Shown here in pieces: positions 11,814 through 25,570 of a stretch of 64,000 bases of DNA. This DNA is from Alphaproteobacteria bacterium. Its GTDB lineage: Bacteria > Pseudomonadota > Alphaproteobacteria > Bin95. The stretch's first letter is position 1. The number at the start of each line of letters is the position of its first letter. The notes under the pieces were generated by a model that saw nothing but the letters and a program-made list of their open reading frames with translations, ran no database searches and had not been told where the DNA came from. Location of the stretch: assembly GCA_038102935.1 (NCBI GenBank), contig JAYNYG010000005.1:6574-70573 (forward strand), read 5' to 3'. The translations under genes were made by a program, and so were the position numbers.

Positions 11814-12679
11814 TCCCATTCATCAACCGCGAAACGCAGCCCACGGTGGTCCGCCGCCGTCGGCGCATAAGCCCTTGGAAGATGGCCTATTGGGGCGCTC
11901 TCGCAACGCCTTGGTTGCTGATCGCTGGCGTTGTTGGCGGCATGACATGGCTTGTGATGAGCGATGGCGGGCCAGACAGCTTCGCCGCGCGCATGAAATC
12001 TGAAGCGCTGCTTGCCAGCCTCCGTCTTGGTTTTGAGGTGGAAGAGGTTTGGGTCAACGGTCTCCGCCGCACGAACCAAGAGGACGCCCTGTTAGCCATT
12101 GGCGCCGTTCGTGGCGAGCCGATCCTGGAGTTTGACGGTGATGCTGCGCGGGCTCGCTTGCTGCTTCTGCCTTGGGTGAAAGACGCAGTGGTCGCCCGCG
12201 CGCTGCCGAACCGTCTCGATATCCGCCTGATTGAACGCGAACCCCTGGCGCTCTGGCAAATGAACCAGCGCCTGCAGGTGATCGATGCAGAGGGCAAGCC
12301 GATCCGCACCGTTAATCCAACGGCCTATGCCGATCTGCCAGTGATGGTTGGCGAAGGCGCCAATCAGAAAGCCAAGTGGCTGCTTGATCTGGTCGCCGCA
12401 GAGCAAGGCATCGCCGACCGCATGACCGCCGCCGTGTTCGTTGGTCAGCGCCGCTGGAATATCCGCATCGATCATCGCATCGACGTGCGCTTGCCTGCAG
12501 TCGCGCCCGCTGAAGCGCTGACGCGGCTTGGCGCGCTTGAGAAAGAGCATGGCCTGTTTCAACGGGACATCGTCGCCATCGATCTTCGCCTGGATGACAG
12601 GCTGATCGTTCGCCTGGCGCCCGGCGCCGAAATGCCTGGCCTCGACGATGACGCTGCAAAACCTGGCCGTAAGAGTTGA
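11780..12679 (+). CDS. ftsQ: Cell division protein FtsQ (POTRA domain)
   Basis: Single TM segment followed by a POTRA-like domain (LRLGFEVEEVWVNGL); position between ddl and ftsA. An alternative in-frame ATG at 11801 would reduce overlap with ddl. Confidence 0.8.
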   Translation: MDGGGRAMRALIPFINRETQPTVVRRRRRISPWKMAYWGALATPWLLIAGVVGGMTWLVMSDGGPDSFAARMKSEALLASLRLGFEVEEVWVNGLRRTNQEDALLAIGAVRGEPILEFDGDAARARLLLLPWVKDAVVARALPNRLDIRLIEREPLALWQMNQRLQVIDAEGKPIRTVNPTAYADLPVMVGEGANQKAKWLLDLVAAEQGIADRMTAAVFVGQRRWNIRIDHRIDVRLPAVAPAEALTRLGALEKEHGLFQRDIVAIDLRLDDRLIVRLAPGAEMPGLDDDAAKPGRKS

Positions 12680-12700
12680 GTTGGGGGGAATAGGAACACA

Positions 12701-13957
12701 ATGAGCAAGACCCTTCTAAGGCCGCCCTCGGGCCTCGTCGCAGCGCTGGATATTGGCAGCGCGAAGATGGCATGCATGGTTGCCCGCATCGGCGGCGACC
12801 GGAAACCACGCCTGCTTGGCTTTGGCCATCAGGCGTCCGCAGGCGTCAAAAAAGGCGCCATCGTCGATATGGAAGCAGCGACACAGGCGATTTCCGCTGT
12901 AGTGCATGACGCTGAGATGATGGCGGAAGAGCGGGTTTCCTCCGTATTTGTATCGATGTCAGGCGGCGGCGCAGATTCCTGCATCGCCCATGCTGAGACG
13001 CTGGTTTCAGGCCGCGCGATCCAGGAGCTTGACGTACAGCGGGTGCTCAACGTCGCCCGCGGGCAAGCGCCGCTCATTGGTCGCCGTGTTCTACACGTGC
13101 TGCCGCTCGGCTTCGCGCTCGATGGCCAGCGCGGGATTGAAGAGCCGCGCGGCTTGCATGCCGAGAAACTTGGCGTCGATCTGCATGTGGTGAGCGCGGA
13201 GGAAGGCCCCGCCCGCAACATCGAAGCCTCAGCCGCAGGTGCGGATCTTGAAGTCTCGACCATCGTCGCGTCCGGCTATGCCTCAGGCCTGGCCGTGCTG
13301 AAACCGGACGAGCAGGACCTCGGCGCAACGGTGATCGATATCGGCGGCGGCAGCGTCAGCTTCGCGATCTTCAACGGCGGCAAACCGATTTTCGTGGATA
13401 GCATCCCCATCGGCGGCCAGACCCTGACCCACGACATCGCCTTGGTGCTGAAGACGCCCGTGGTGGACGCCGAACGCCTCAAAGCCATTGACGGCAGCTG
13501 CATTGCGGCAGCGGCGGACGAGCATCGCCTGATCGCAGCCCCCGCCATTGGCGAGGACGACGCGGCCAACGGGGATCCCGCAACCCGGGCTGACTTGGTG
13601 CGGATAATCCATGTCCGCATGGAGGAAACCTTCGAAATGATCGCCCAGCGCATTCGTGACGCTGGGATGGAGCGAGCATCCGGCGGATCGCTCGTGCTGA
13701 CGGGCGGCGGCGCCAATCTGCACGGCGTCGCGGAGCTTGCAGGCAAAGTTATGGGCAAGCGCGCGCGGATCGGCGCGCCTGTTGGAGTTCTCGGTCTCGA
13801 CCAGCAAATGGCGGACCCGGGTTTCGCCTCTGTCGTCGGTCTTCTGCGCTATGCCGCAGAAGACGCGGCAGCGGTGGATATCGCCCAACTGGCGGCTGTC
13901 GCCAGTGGGCAAAGCGTAATCGGGCGTCTCGGCGCCTGGTTCAAGGAGCACTTCTAA
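12701..13957 (+). CDS. ftsA: Cell division protein FtsA (actin-like ATPase)
   Basis: 418 aa with N-terminal LVAALDIGSAKMACMV actin-fold phosphate-1 motif; dcw order. Confidence 0.9.
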   Translation: MSKTLLRPPSGLVAALDIGSAKMACMVARIGGDRKPRLLGFGHQASAGVKKGAIVDMEAATQAISAVVHDAEMMAEERVSSVFVSMSGGGADSCIAHAETLVSGRAIQELDVQRVLNVARGQAPLIGRRVLHVLPLGFALDGQRGIEEPRGLHAEKLGVDLHVVSAEEGPARNIEASAAGADLEVSTIVASGYASGLAVLKPDEQDLGATVIDIGGGSVSFAIFNGGKPIFVDSIPIGGQTLTHDIALVLKTPVVDAERLKAIDGSCIAAAADEHRLIAAPAIGEDDAANGDPATRADLVRIIHVRMEETFEMIAQRIRDAGMERASGGSLVLTGGGANLHGVAELAGKVMGKRARIGAPVGVLGLDQQMADPGFASVVGLLRYAAEDAAAVDIAQLAAVASGQSVIGRLGAWFKEHF

Positions 13958-14026
13958 CGAAGTGGGAGCAGGCGTCGCGGCCAAGTGGGTCGGGGCGCCA
14001 TTGGGAGCTAAAAAGGGAGACTACGA

Positions 14027-15613
14027 ATGAAACTCAAGATTTCCATGCCGGACCAAACGGCAGATCTTAAGCCGCGTATCACGGTTGTCGGCGTCGGCGG
14101 CGCTGGCGGCAACGCGGTCAATAACATGATCCGCTCAAACCTCTCTGGCGTCGAATTCCTCGTCGCCAATACGGATGCGCAGGCGCTGGAGCTTTCCAAC
14201 GCTGACCAACGCATCCAGCTTGGCCTGAGTCTGACGCACGGGCTTGGCGCTGGCGCACGGCCCGAGATTGGCCGGGCATCGGCTGAGGAAGCGATTGAAG
14301 AAATCGTCGATCAGCTTGGCCGCAGCCACATGGTGTTCATCACCGCAGGCATGGGCGGCGGTACGGGGACGGGCGCAGCGCCCGTCATCGCACGGGCTGC
14401 GCGGGAAGCTGGCGTGTTGACGGTTGGCGTCGTGACAAAGCCGTTTCACTTCGAGGGCGCCAGCCGCATGCGGCTTGCTGAGGAAGGCATTGAAGAGCTT
14501 TCCAAGCATGTCGATACGCTGATCATCATTCCGAACCAGAACCTGTTTCGGATCGCGAATGAACGCACAACCTTCGCCGAAGCCTTCCAGCTTGCGGATG
14601 ACGTGCTGTATTCCGGCGTGCGTGGCGTGACGGACCTGATGGTCATGCCAGGCCTTATCAACTTGGACTTCGCTGACATCCGCACGGTCATGGCCGAAAT
14701 GGGCAAGGCGATGATGGGGACGGGCGAAGCCGAAGGCGAAGACCGGGCGACGGAAGCTGCAGAAGCGGCAATTTCCAACCCGCTTCTGGATGACATCTCC
14801 ATGCATGGCGCGCGCGGCGTGTTGATCAACATCACTGGCGGCCCAGATATGACGCTGCTTGAAGTTGATGCTGCCGCAAACCGTATCCGCCACGAGGTTG
14901 ATGACGACGCGAACATTATCTTTGGCGCGACCATGGATAGCGGGCTTGAAGGCAAAATCCGCGTTTCCATCGTCTCCACAGGCATTGACGCTGTCGCCGG
15001 TCAAAAGCCGCTGCCGATGGAGCCGTTCACGGCGATTACCGGCGGTCGCGCCGAAACCACTGTTGCGCCAGCGCCAGCTCCGGCTAAAGCGCCAGTCGCA
15101 GCGGATTTGATCGAAACGGCTGAGGCGCCAAAAGCTGAAGTCGAGCCCGTTGCAGAAGCCCAGCCTGAAACTCTGCCAGAAGCCAAACCTGAAGCAGAGG
15201 TCGCAGTTGCGGCTGCTGTTGAAGAAGCGCCAAAGGCCGAAGTGAAGGCTGCTGCGCCTGCGGCATGGACCTTCCCGTCCATGCTTGGTCGCGCACCTCA
15301 GCCGAAGACGGAAGAAGCGTTCATAGCGGCTCCAGCTGAAACGCCTGCGACGCGTCCAGCGCCTGCAGCGGCGGCGCTTGCTCCGCAAGCTGAAACCGAA
15401 GCAGCGCCGATTGAAGCGGCGGTTGCTGAAGCAAAGCCGAAGGGCGCATTCACCAGCCTGTTCGACCGCATGACCGGCGCAAAGCCGGGCGAAGCTGCGG
15501 CAGAGCAGGCCGATGAAGCCAAACCCGAACCAACGCTTGAGGCCAAACCAGCGGCCAAAAGCGGCGACGAATATCTGGAAATCCCGACCTTTTTGCGCCG
15601 CCAGGCTAACTAA
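14027..15613 (+). CDS. ftsZ: Cell division GTPase FtsZ with long Ala/Pro/Glu-rich C-terminal linker and conserved C-terminal peptide
   Basis: Tubulin signature GGGTGTG and [16 protein letters not shown] linker of about 190 aa of low complexity ([26 protein letters not shown]...) and a terminal [15 protein letters not shown] peptide. Confidence 0.95.
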   Translation: MKLKISMPDQTADLKPRITVVGVGGAGGNAVNNMIRSNLSGVEFLVANTDAQALELSNADQRIQLGLSLTHGLGAGARPEIGRASAEEAIEEIVDQLGRSHMVFITAGMGGGTGTGAAPVIARAAREAGVLTVGVVTKPFHFEGASRMRLAEEGIEELSKHVDTLIIIPNQNLFRIANERTTFAEAFQLADDVLYSGVRGVTDLMVMPGLINLDFADIRTVMAEMGKAMMGTGEAEGEDRATEAAEAAISNPLLDDISMHGARGVLINITGGPDMTLLEVDAAANRIRHEVDDDANIIFGATMDSGLEGKIRVSIVSTGIDAVAGQKPLPMEPFTAITGGRAETTVAPAPAPAKAPVAADLIETAEAPKAEVEPVAEAQPETLPEAKPEAEVAVAAAVEEAPKAEVKAAAPAAWTFPSMLGRAPQPKTEEAFIAAPAETPATRPAPAAAALAPQAETEAAPIEAAVAEAKPKGAFTSLFDRMTGAKPGEAAAEQADEAKPEPTLEAKPAAKSGDEYLEIPTFLRRQAN

Positions 15614-15944
15614 GCCAGGCGACTAAGATCGGGCGTTTGGGCAGGGCTGGCCGTTTTGCCCGGGCGCATTCCAGATCAGGCTAGCGGGGGGCTCTCCTCC
15701 CCTCGCTCCCAGGCCGGCGGGTTGGCATCGAACGTGTTGCGTTCATTGCTAAACCGCCGGCCGCTCCTGGGGCTTCAAGATCGGAAAGTCTCAGGGGTAT
15801 GCAGGGATGGGCAGGGCGCGGTTTATGGTTAACATTTCCTGAACCCTGCACATGTACTATATGAGGCTTGAACAGAGGCTCCGCTTTAGAATCGGCTTGA
15901 TTTGATCGGCGGGGCCATAGCCAAGAGCCATGCAGGCGGACCAT

Positions 15945-17585
15945 ATGAAGCAGCAGCGATCTTTCGGTTTGACCAGCCTCCGCCAGTCCTTGGCGGCGCT
16001 TGCAGTGTTGACGCTGGCAAGCTGTGGCGGCGGCGACGCTGAAGTCTATGAGGAACAGCCGGTCGACGCGCTCTACAATTCGGCGATGGAGCAGTTGCTG
16101 GATCAGGAATATCTGAAGGCGGCGGATTCCTTCGAGGAAGTTGAGCGCCAGCATCCATATTCCGTATGGGCGGCGAAAGCGCAGGTGATGAGCGCTTATG
16201 CTTATTTCCGCCGCGATAAATATGACGATTCAATCAACGCCGTTGACCGCTTCATCCAATTGCACCCGACCAGCGTTGATGCGCCCTATGCCTATTATCT
16301 GAAGGGCTTGGCTTATTACGAGCAAATCGTTGATGTCGGTCGCGATCAGCGCACGACCGAGCGCGCGCTCAGCGCCCTGGAAGAAGTGGTGCGCCGTTTT
16401 CCCGAGACCCAATATGCCCGCGACGCCACGCTGAAGCTTGATCTGACGAAAGATCACTTGGCTGGGAAAGAAATGGACGTTGGCCGTTTCTATCTAAAGC
16501 GCGGTGAGCTTTTGGCCTCTGTTAACCGCTTCAAACGCGTGATCGAAGAGCACCAGACGACAAGTCATGTTCCGGAGGCGCTGCTCCGCCTGACCGAAGC
16601 CTATACCGCCCTTGGCCTGAAGAACGAGGCGCGGCGGATGGCGGCGATCCTTGGCCATAACTATCCAGGCAGCCCCTGGTATGCAGACGCCTATGAGCTG
16701 GTCGAAGGCGTAGAACTCGAGAACTTCCCGCGTCCCGACAAACGCCAATTCTATGAACGCTGGATTGATCCGGATTCAACCATCGCCAAAGCCGAACGCC
16801 GCGAAATCCCGCAATTTTCCGCGACGCTGCCTGAAGATTTGCGCAATCCAAGGCCAAAGGCTGCAATACCAGACGCCGAGCAAACGCCTGGCGAAGCGCG
16901 TGCTGTAGAGCGCAAGCCAATCGTAGAAGCCGCGCCAAAGCCGGAGCCGAAACCCGCTCCTGTCGTGGCCAAGCCCGAACCAAAACCAGCGCTAATCGTC
17001 TCCAAACCAGAGCCAGCGCCGCCGGTTCTGAAGCCCGCGCCAAAGCCGGAAGCGCCGACAATCGTCGCTGCGCCTGAAGTTGACGCAGAAGCGCCTGTGA
17101 TAACCGCTGCGAAGCCAGATCCGGAGCCGGAGCCAGAACAAGTCACGGCGTCTGATACGCCGCCGCGTCCGCTTCAGCTTTCCCCGGCGGAACGTGCAGC
17201 GCTTTCGGCTGAGGCGGAGAGCCAGCGGCTTGCCGCAAGCCAGGCTGCAGGCGAATGGCGCCGTGCCGCCGATGTTGCGTCTACAGATGAAGGCCGGACC
17301 CGCGCGCAGGCCAATGTCCGGCTAGCGGAAGCTGCTGTTGGGTATTGGACCGCAAGGGGCGAAGTCGCCGCCGCTAGCACTTCAGCCCAGGAGGCTGCGG
17401 CTGAGCTCAAGCTTGCAGAACAGTCGGTTGAATACTGGTCGGCCGTTCGAGACTCAACCGAAGACGATCTCGCCAAAGGTCAGGCTGAAGCCGCGCTCGC
17501 ACAGGCGGAGAAAGTTCTGGCGTATTGGCGCGAGAATGGCCGCCGCCCGACTTGGTTGGAGCGGACGGTCCGCTCGCTTTCCTAA
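15945..17585 (+). CDS. bamD: Outer-membrane assembly lipoprotein BamD-like (TPR, YfiO/ComL family) with about 260-aa C-terminal extension
   Basis: Signal peptide with lipobox LTLASC (Cys near residue 27 counted from the ATG at 15945). TPR-like region (YLKAADSFEEVERQHPYSVWAAKAQVMSAYAYF...) characteristic of BamD. Start taken at the second ATG (15945), which gives the n-region MKQQRSF; ORF track start is 15930. Confidence 0.7.
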   Translation: MKQQRSFGLTSLRQSLAALAVLTLASCGGGDAEVYEEQPVDALYNSAMEQLLDQEYLKAADSFEEVERQHPYSVWAAKAQVMSAYAYFRRDKYDDSINAVDRFIQLHPTSVDAPYAYYLKGLAYYEQIVDVGRDQRTTERALSALEEVVRRFPETQYARDATLKLDLTKDHLAGKEMDVGRFYLKRGELLASVNRFKRVIEEHQTTSHVPEALLRLTEAYTALGLKNEARRMAAILGHNYPGSPWYADAYELVEGVELENFPRPDKRQFYERWIDPDSTIAKAERREIPQFSATLPEDLRNPRPKAAIPDAEQTPGEARAVERKPIVEAAPKPEPKPAPVVAKPEPKPALIVSKPEPAPPVLKPAPKPEAPTIVAAPEVDAEAPVITAAKPDPEPEPEQVTASDTPPRPLQLSPAERAALSAEAESQRLAASQAAGEWRRAADVASTDEGRTRAQANVRLAEAAVGYWTARGEVAAASTSAQEAAAELKLAEQSVEYWSAVRDSTEDDLAKGQAEAALAQAEKVLAYWRENGRRPTWLERTVRSLS

Positions 17586-17602
17586 GGCCGCTGGCGGGAC
17601 GC

Positions 17603-22336
<4,734 letters not shown>

Positions 22337-22425
22337 TTCCGTATGCGCGTGGGATGATTAATGATGGTTAACGTTTGATACACCATTGATTCCGTACAAC
22401 CGGAGCGCACAGACCGAAGGCGCTT

Positions 22426-22992
22426 ATGTATGGAATGATTCACAAAGCCGCAGAAGATTTCGTTCGGGTGCATAACGGGCCGGCGGCCTGGGACGAAATC
22501 ATTGCCGCCACTGAACTCACGGATGCACATTTCATCAGCGGCCGTTGGTATGAAGACGATGTCACGGTCAAAATCCTGGTGACCACGGCTGAAGTCCTTG
22601 GCGTATCGGTTGAGGACGCAATGGAAGCCTTTGGACGTCACTGGGTCGTTTTCGCCGGCAGTTCAGCCTACAAGCCGATCTTCGATATGGCAGGCGACTC
22701 TCTGGACGTGTTCATGACGAATTTGGACCGGATGCACGACAGCATCCGCGCGACCATGCCTGAGGCGCGGATGCCGAGCTTTCACCTGCTCAGCGCATCT
22801 GAAACAGAATTGATCGTTCTGTACCAAAGCGATCGGCTGGCAGGTTTGGCCGGGCCTCTGACCCATTTTGTCACTGGGCTGTTGGACGGATTGTTGGCCC
22901 ATTTTGACGAAGCGGGCGAGATCACGAGCGTTCCGGCCGATAACGGCGTTACGTTCACTATTCGCCGCGCTGCAGCCTCTGCCGCTGCGTAA
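22426..22992 (+). CDS. hnoX: H-NOX (haem nitric oxide/oxygen-binding) sensor domain protein
   Basis: N-terminus MYGMIHKAAEDFV resembles the H-NOX/sGC-beta N-terminus. Candidate proximal His at residue 104 (DRMHDSI). Y-x-S-x-R haem-propionate motif at 133-137 (LYQSDRL). 188 aa; 6-nt gap to the downstream kinase. Confidence 0.75.
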   Translation: MYGMIHKAAEDFVRVHNGPAAWDEIIAATELTDAHFISGRWYEDDVTVKILVTTAEVLGVSVEDAMEAFGRHWVVFAGSSAYKPIFDMAGDSLDVFMTNLDRMHDSIRATMPEARMPSFHLLSASETELIVLYQSDRLAGLAGPLTHFVTGLLDGLLAHFDEAGEITSVPADNGVTFTIRRAAASAAA

Positions 22993-22998
22993 CCAACG

Positions 22999-24645
22999 AT
23001 GACCTTATCTCTCTCTCCATCGACGCTAGATATGTTGTTGCCTGCCCATATTCTGGCTGGCGGGGATGGAGCTATCCATGGCTTTGGACCGTCGCTGCTT
23101 CGGCATCTCGGTGAAGAGGCCATCGGGAAGCCATTGTTGGATGTATTTACGATTGAACGGCCAGTCGGGATATCCAGCTTTGCAGACCTGCAGAACGAGA
23201 AACGCCCCATTCTACTGCGCGCGAATGCCGTTCGATTCTTAAGGTTGCGGGGCGTTGCCTTACAGGATGGTTCGGAGCTGCGGCTACTGCTTGGCCATGT
23301 GCCTGACCTTGGCGGCAAAGAGGCGATGCATTCGCTTCAGTTTCCTGATTTCGGCCCGACAGATGGATCATTGGATGTCGTTCTATCTACAGTCGTCAGG
23401 GAAGGATTGCTGGAGGATACGCAGCGGCTGCTGACAGCTTTGGAAGCAAAGAAGGCTGCCGCTGAAGCCGCGAATGAAGCGAAATCCAGGTTCTTGGCGC
23501 AGATGTCTCATGAACTCCGCACGCCGATGAACGGGGTGATGGGCGGACTGGATGTGTTGGTTGTGATGGGGCTGACCGCCGAACAGGCGGAGTTAGCGAC
23601 AGCGGCCAAGAAATCTGCTGTATCGCTGCTCGGTCAACTTGATGAGATATTGGATTTCTCCAGGCTTGAGGCTGGCGGCGTCTCGCTAGAGGAAATTCCG
23701 TTCCAACCGCTTGATCTCGGCCGTGAAGTACAAACGCTTATGTCGCCATTGGAGGATGAACGCGGCATTCGTTTGTCCCTCTCTTGCGACAACATTCCGC
23801 CGAACTCGTTGATTGGCGACCCAGGCCGGATACGCCAGATATTGGTCAATCTCATCTCGAACGCGATTAAGTTCACGGAACAAGGCGTCGTTAGCGTCGT
23901 GCTTGGCTGGGACGAAAATGGCGATCAGAGCAATCTGCGCCTGACCATCAAAGATACAGGTCTTGGGATTCCAGAAGAGGCCCTGGCGACGCTGTTTGAT
24001 CGGTTTGTCCAGGCGGATTCAAGCACCAATCGAAAACACGGCGGCGCTGGGCTCGGCTTGGCTATTTGCCAACAACTGACGGACCTCATGGGCGGCGTAA
24101 TTTCGGTTGAGAGCACTGAGGGCAAAGGCAGCGAATTCACCGTGACGATCCCGGCTACAATGGCTGAGCGGCCCGCGCCAACCACAGCGATGCCCGTCCA
24201 GCCACAGGTCGTAACAGATAAGTCACGGCCTAAGGTTTTAGCGCCCGCTCCAACACAGCAACTCAACATTCTTGTTGCCGAAGATATCGTGCTCAATCAA
24301 ACTGTTATTCAAGCTGTTCTGCAGCAACTCGGCCATCAAGTGACGCTGACGAATGACGGCGAGGAAGTGATCACCGCTGCCGAAACTGGCGCATTTGACC
24401 TGATCCTGATGGACATACAAATGCCAGGCGTTGATGGGCTGGAAGCGACACGCCGGATTAGGGCATTGAATTCGCCGGCTGCCACAGTTCCGATTGTCGC
24501 AATGACCGCGCACGCGTTTTCAGATGATCGGAAGCGATGCCTTGAAGCCGGGATGGACGACTTCATGACCAAGCCCGTCAATCGCACCGTATGGGTAAAA
24601 ATGCTTGAGCGGAGCCAGTCCTTTCGGACGCGGCAAGCTAGCTAG
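22999..24645 (+). CDS. Hybrid sensor histidine kinase / response regulator (H-NOX-associated kinase)
   Basis: HisKA H-box FLAQMSHELRTPMNG, HATPase G-boxes (GGAGLGLAICQQL), C-terminal receiver (LVAEDIVLNQ...DLILMDIQMPGVDG...KP). About 170 aa of N-terminal region with no motif I can assign. Confidence 0.85.
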   Translation: MTLSLSPSTLDMLLPAHILAGGDGAIHGFGPSLLRHLGEEAIGKPLLDVFTIERPVGISSFADLQNEKRPILLRANAVRFLRLRGVALQDGSELRLLLGHVPDLGGKEAMHSLQFPDFGPTDGSLDVVLSTVVREGLLEDTQRLLTALEAKKAAAEAANEAKSRFLAQMSHELRTPMNGVMGGLDVLVVMGLTAEQAELATAAKKSAVSLLGQLDEILDFSRLEAGGVSLEEIPFQPLDLGREVQTLMSPLEDERGIRLSLSCDNIPPNSLIGDPGRIRQILVNLISNAIKFTEQGVVSVVLGWDENGDQSNLRLTIKDTGLGIPEEALATLFDRFVQADSSTNRKHGGAGLGLAICQQLTDLMGGVISVESTEGKGSEFTVTIPATMAERPAPTTAMPVQPQVVTDKSRPKVLAPAPTQQLNILVAEDIVLNQTVIQAVLQQLGHQVTLTNDGEEVITAAETGAFDLILMDIQMPGVDGLEATRRIRALNSPAATVPIVAMTAHAFSDDRKRCLEAGMDDFMTKPVNRTVWVKMLERSQSFRTRQAS

Positions 24646-25570
24646 AATCGTCGGATCGGCGTTTCTGCTTCGCCAATTGCGCCTCGCGCCGGGCGATGTA
24701 GAACGTCGCGCCGAAAATCACGAGGCCGCCGAGCACTGTCCAGAATGTTGGAATTTCTGCGAACACTAGAAACGCAAGCAGCGCCGATATTGGCAGGCGG
24801 GCAAAATCAAACGGCAATACAACGCTGACATCGGCAGCTTGGAACGCACGGGTGATGCAGAGATGGCCTATCGTACCCGCGCCCGCTAGGCAGAAGAGCC
24901 AAAGGTAACCCTCCAAGCTTGGCCATTCCCAATGAAAGACGGCCAGGATCAGCGACAGCGGCGTCAGTAGCAGCACCATATAGGTGATGATCGCTTCGGG
25001 GCGTTCGGTGCGCGTCAAGGATTTCAGCACCAGCTTATTGATCGCCATGATGACAGCGTTTACCAGAGCCAAAATCACGCCAAGCTCCAACGTGCTGAGC
25101 CCTGCGATGCCGCCGTTGTTGCCGATTACGACAATCATCGCGCCCCAGAAACCGATGATGACGGCAGTCCACCGCCGCAGCCGCACAACTTCGCCCAGGA
25201 TGAGTGCGGCGCCGATGGTGGCGAAAATTGGCGAGGTGAATGACAATGCGGTCGCCTGCGAAATCGGGATCAGCGTGACGGCCCAAAACCCACTCGTCAT
25301 GCCGATAAGCCCTAAGAGAGAGCGGAGACCGAACATCCCCAACCGATTTGTTCTCAAGGCGCCGAAGCCTGCCCGCGATAGCCAAGGCAGCATCCACAAC
25401 AGCGCCAACGCGTTCCGAAAGAAGACGATGACCGTTGGATGCAGCCCGGTATCGCTCGCCTGACGGATGAAGATCGCCATGCCCGAGAAGAAGAGCGCGG
25501 CCAGAATCGCATAGACCGTGGCGCGCAGAACCGGCGGCAGTTTGTCGATAGCGACGGAGGGGCTGGTCAT
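24638..25570 (-). CDS. EamA/DMT-family transporter (10 TM)
   Basis: Two EamA-like repeats; paralogous to the upstream gene. Start set at in-frame ATG 25570 (MTSPSVAIDKLPP), which forms an ATGA overlap with the stop of the upstream EamA gene. ORF track start 25666 would overlap that gene by 100 nt. Confidence 0.72.
   Translation of the reverse strand: MTSPSVAIDKLPPVLRATVYAILAALFFSGMAIFIRQASDTGLHPTVIVFFRNALALLWMLPWLSRAGFGALRTNRLGMFGLRSLLGLIGMTSGFWAVTLIPISQATALSFTSPIFATIGAALILGEVVRLRRWTAVIIGFWGAMIVVIGNNGGIAGLSTLELGVILALVNAVIMAINKLVLKSLTRTERPEAIITYMVLLLTPLSLILAVFHWEWPSLEGYLWLFCLAGAGTIGHLCITRAFQAADVSVVLPFDFARLPISALLAFLVFAEIPTFWTVLGGLVIFGATFYIARREAQLAKQKRRSDDSS

Noticed and set aside
14135-15388. 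417-aa ORF antisense to ftsZ (and similar long antisense ORFs at 362..901, 1750..2763, 8642..9991, 4066..4749, 16531..17061, 25035..25712, 33639..34556, 43240..44037, 61661..62281, 62877..63191)
   Set aside because: Each lies entirely inside a confidently identified gene on the opposite strand. High GC depletes stop codons in all frames. Translations are low-complexity Arg/Ala/Pro-rich with no motifs
15633-15664. Intrinsic terminator downstream of ftsZ
   Set aside because: A GC stem (cgggc...gcccg) can be drawn, but the loop is long and there is no following T-run; not a convincing rho-independent terminator
22337-22425. FNR/NnrR-type box upstream of hnoX (tttgatacaccattgatt)
   Set aside because: Contains two TTGAT direct repeats rather than the TTGAT-N4-ATCAA inverted arrangement, so it does not fit the consensus
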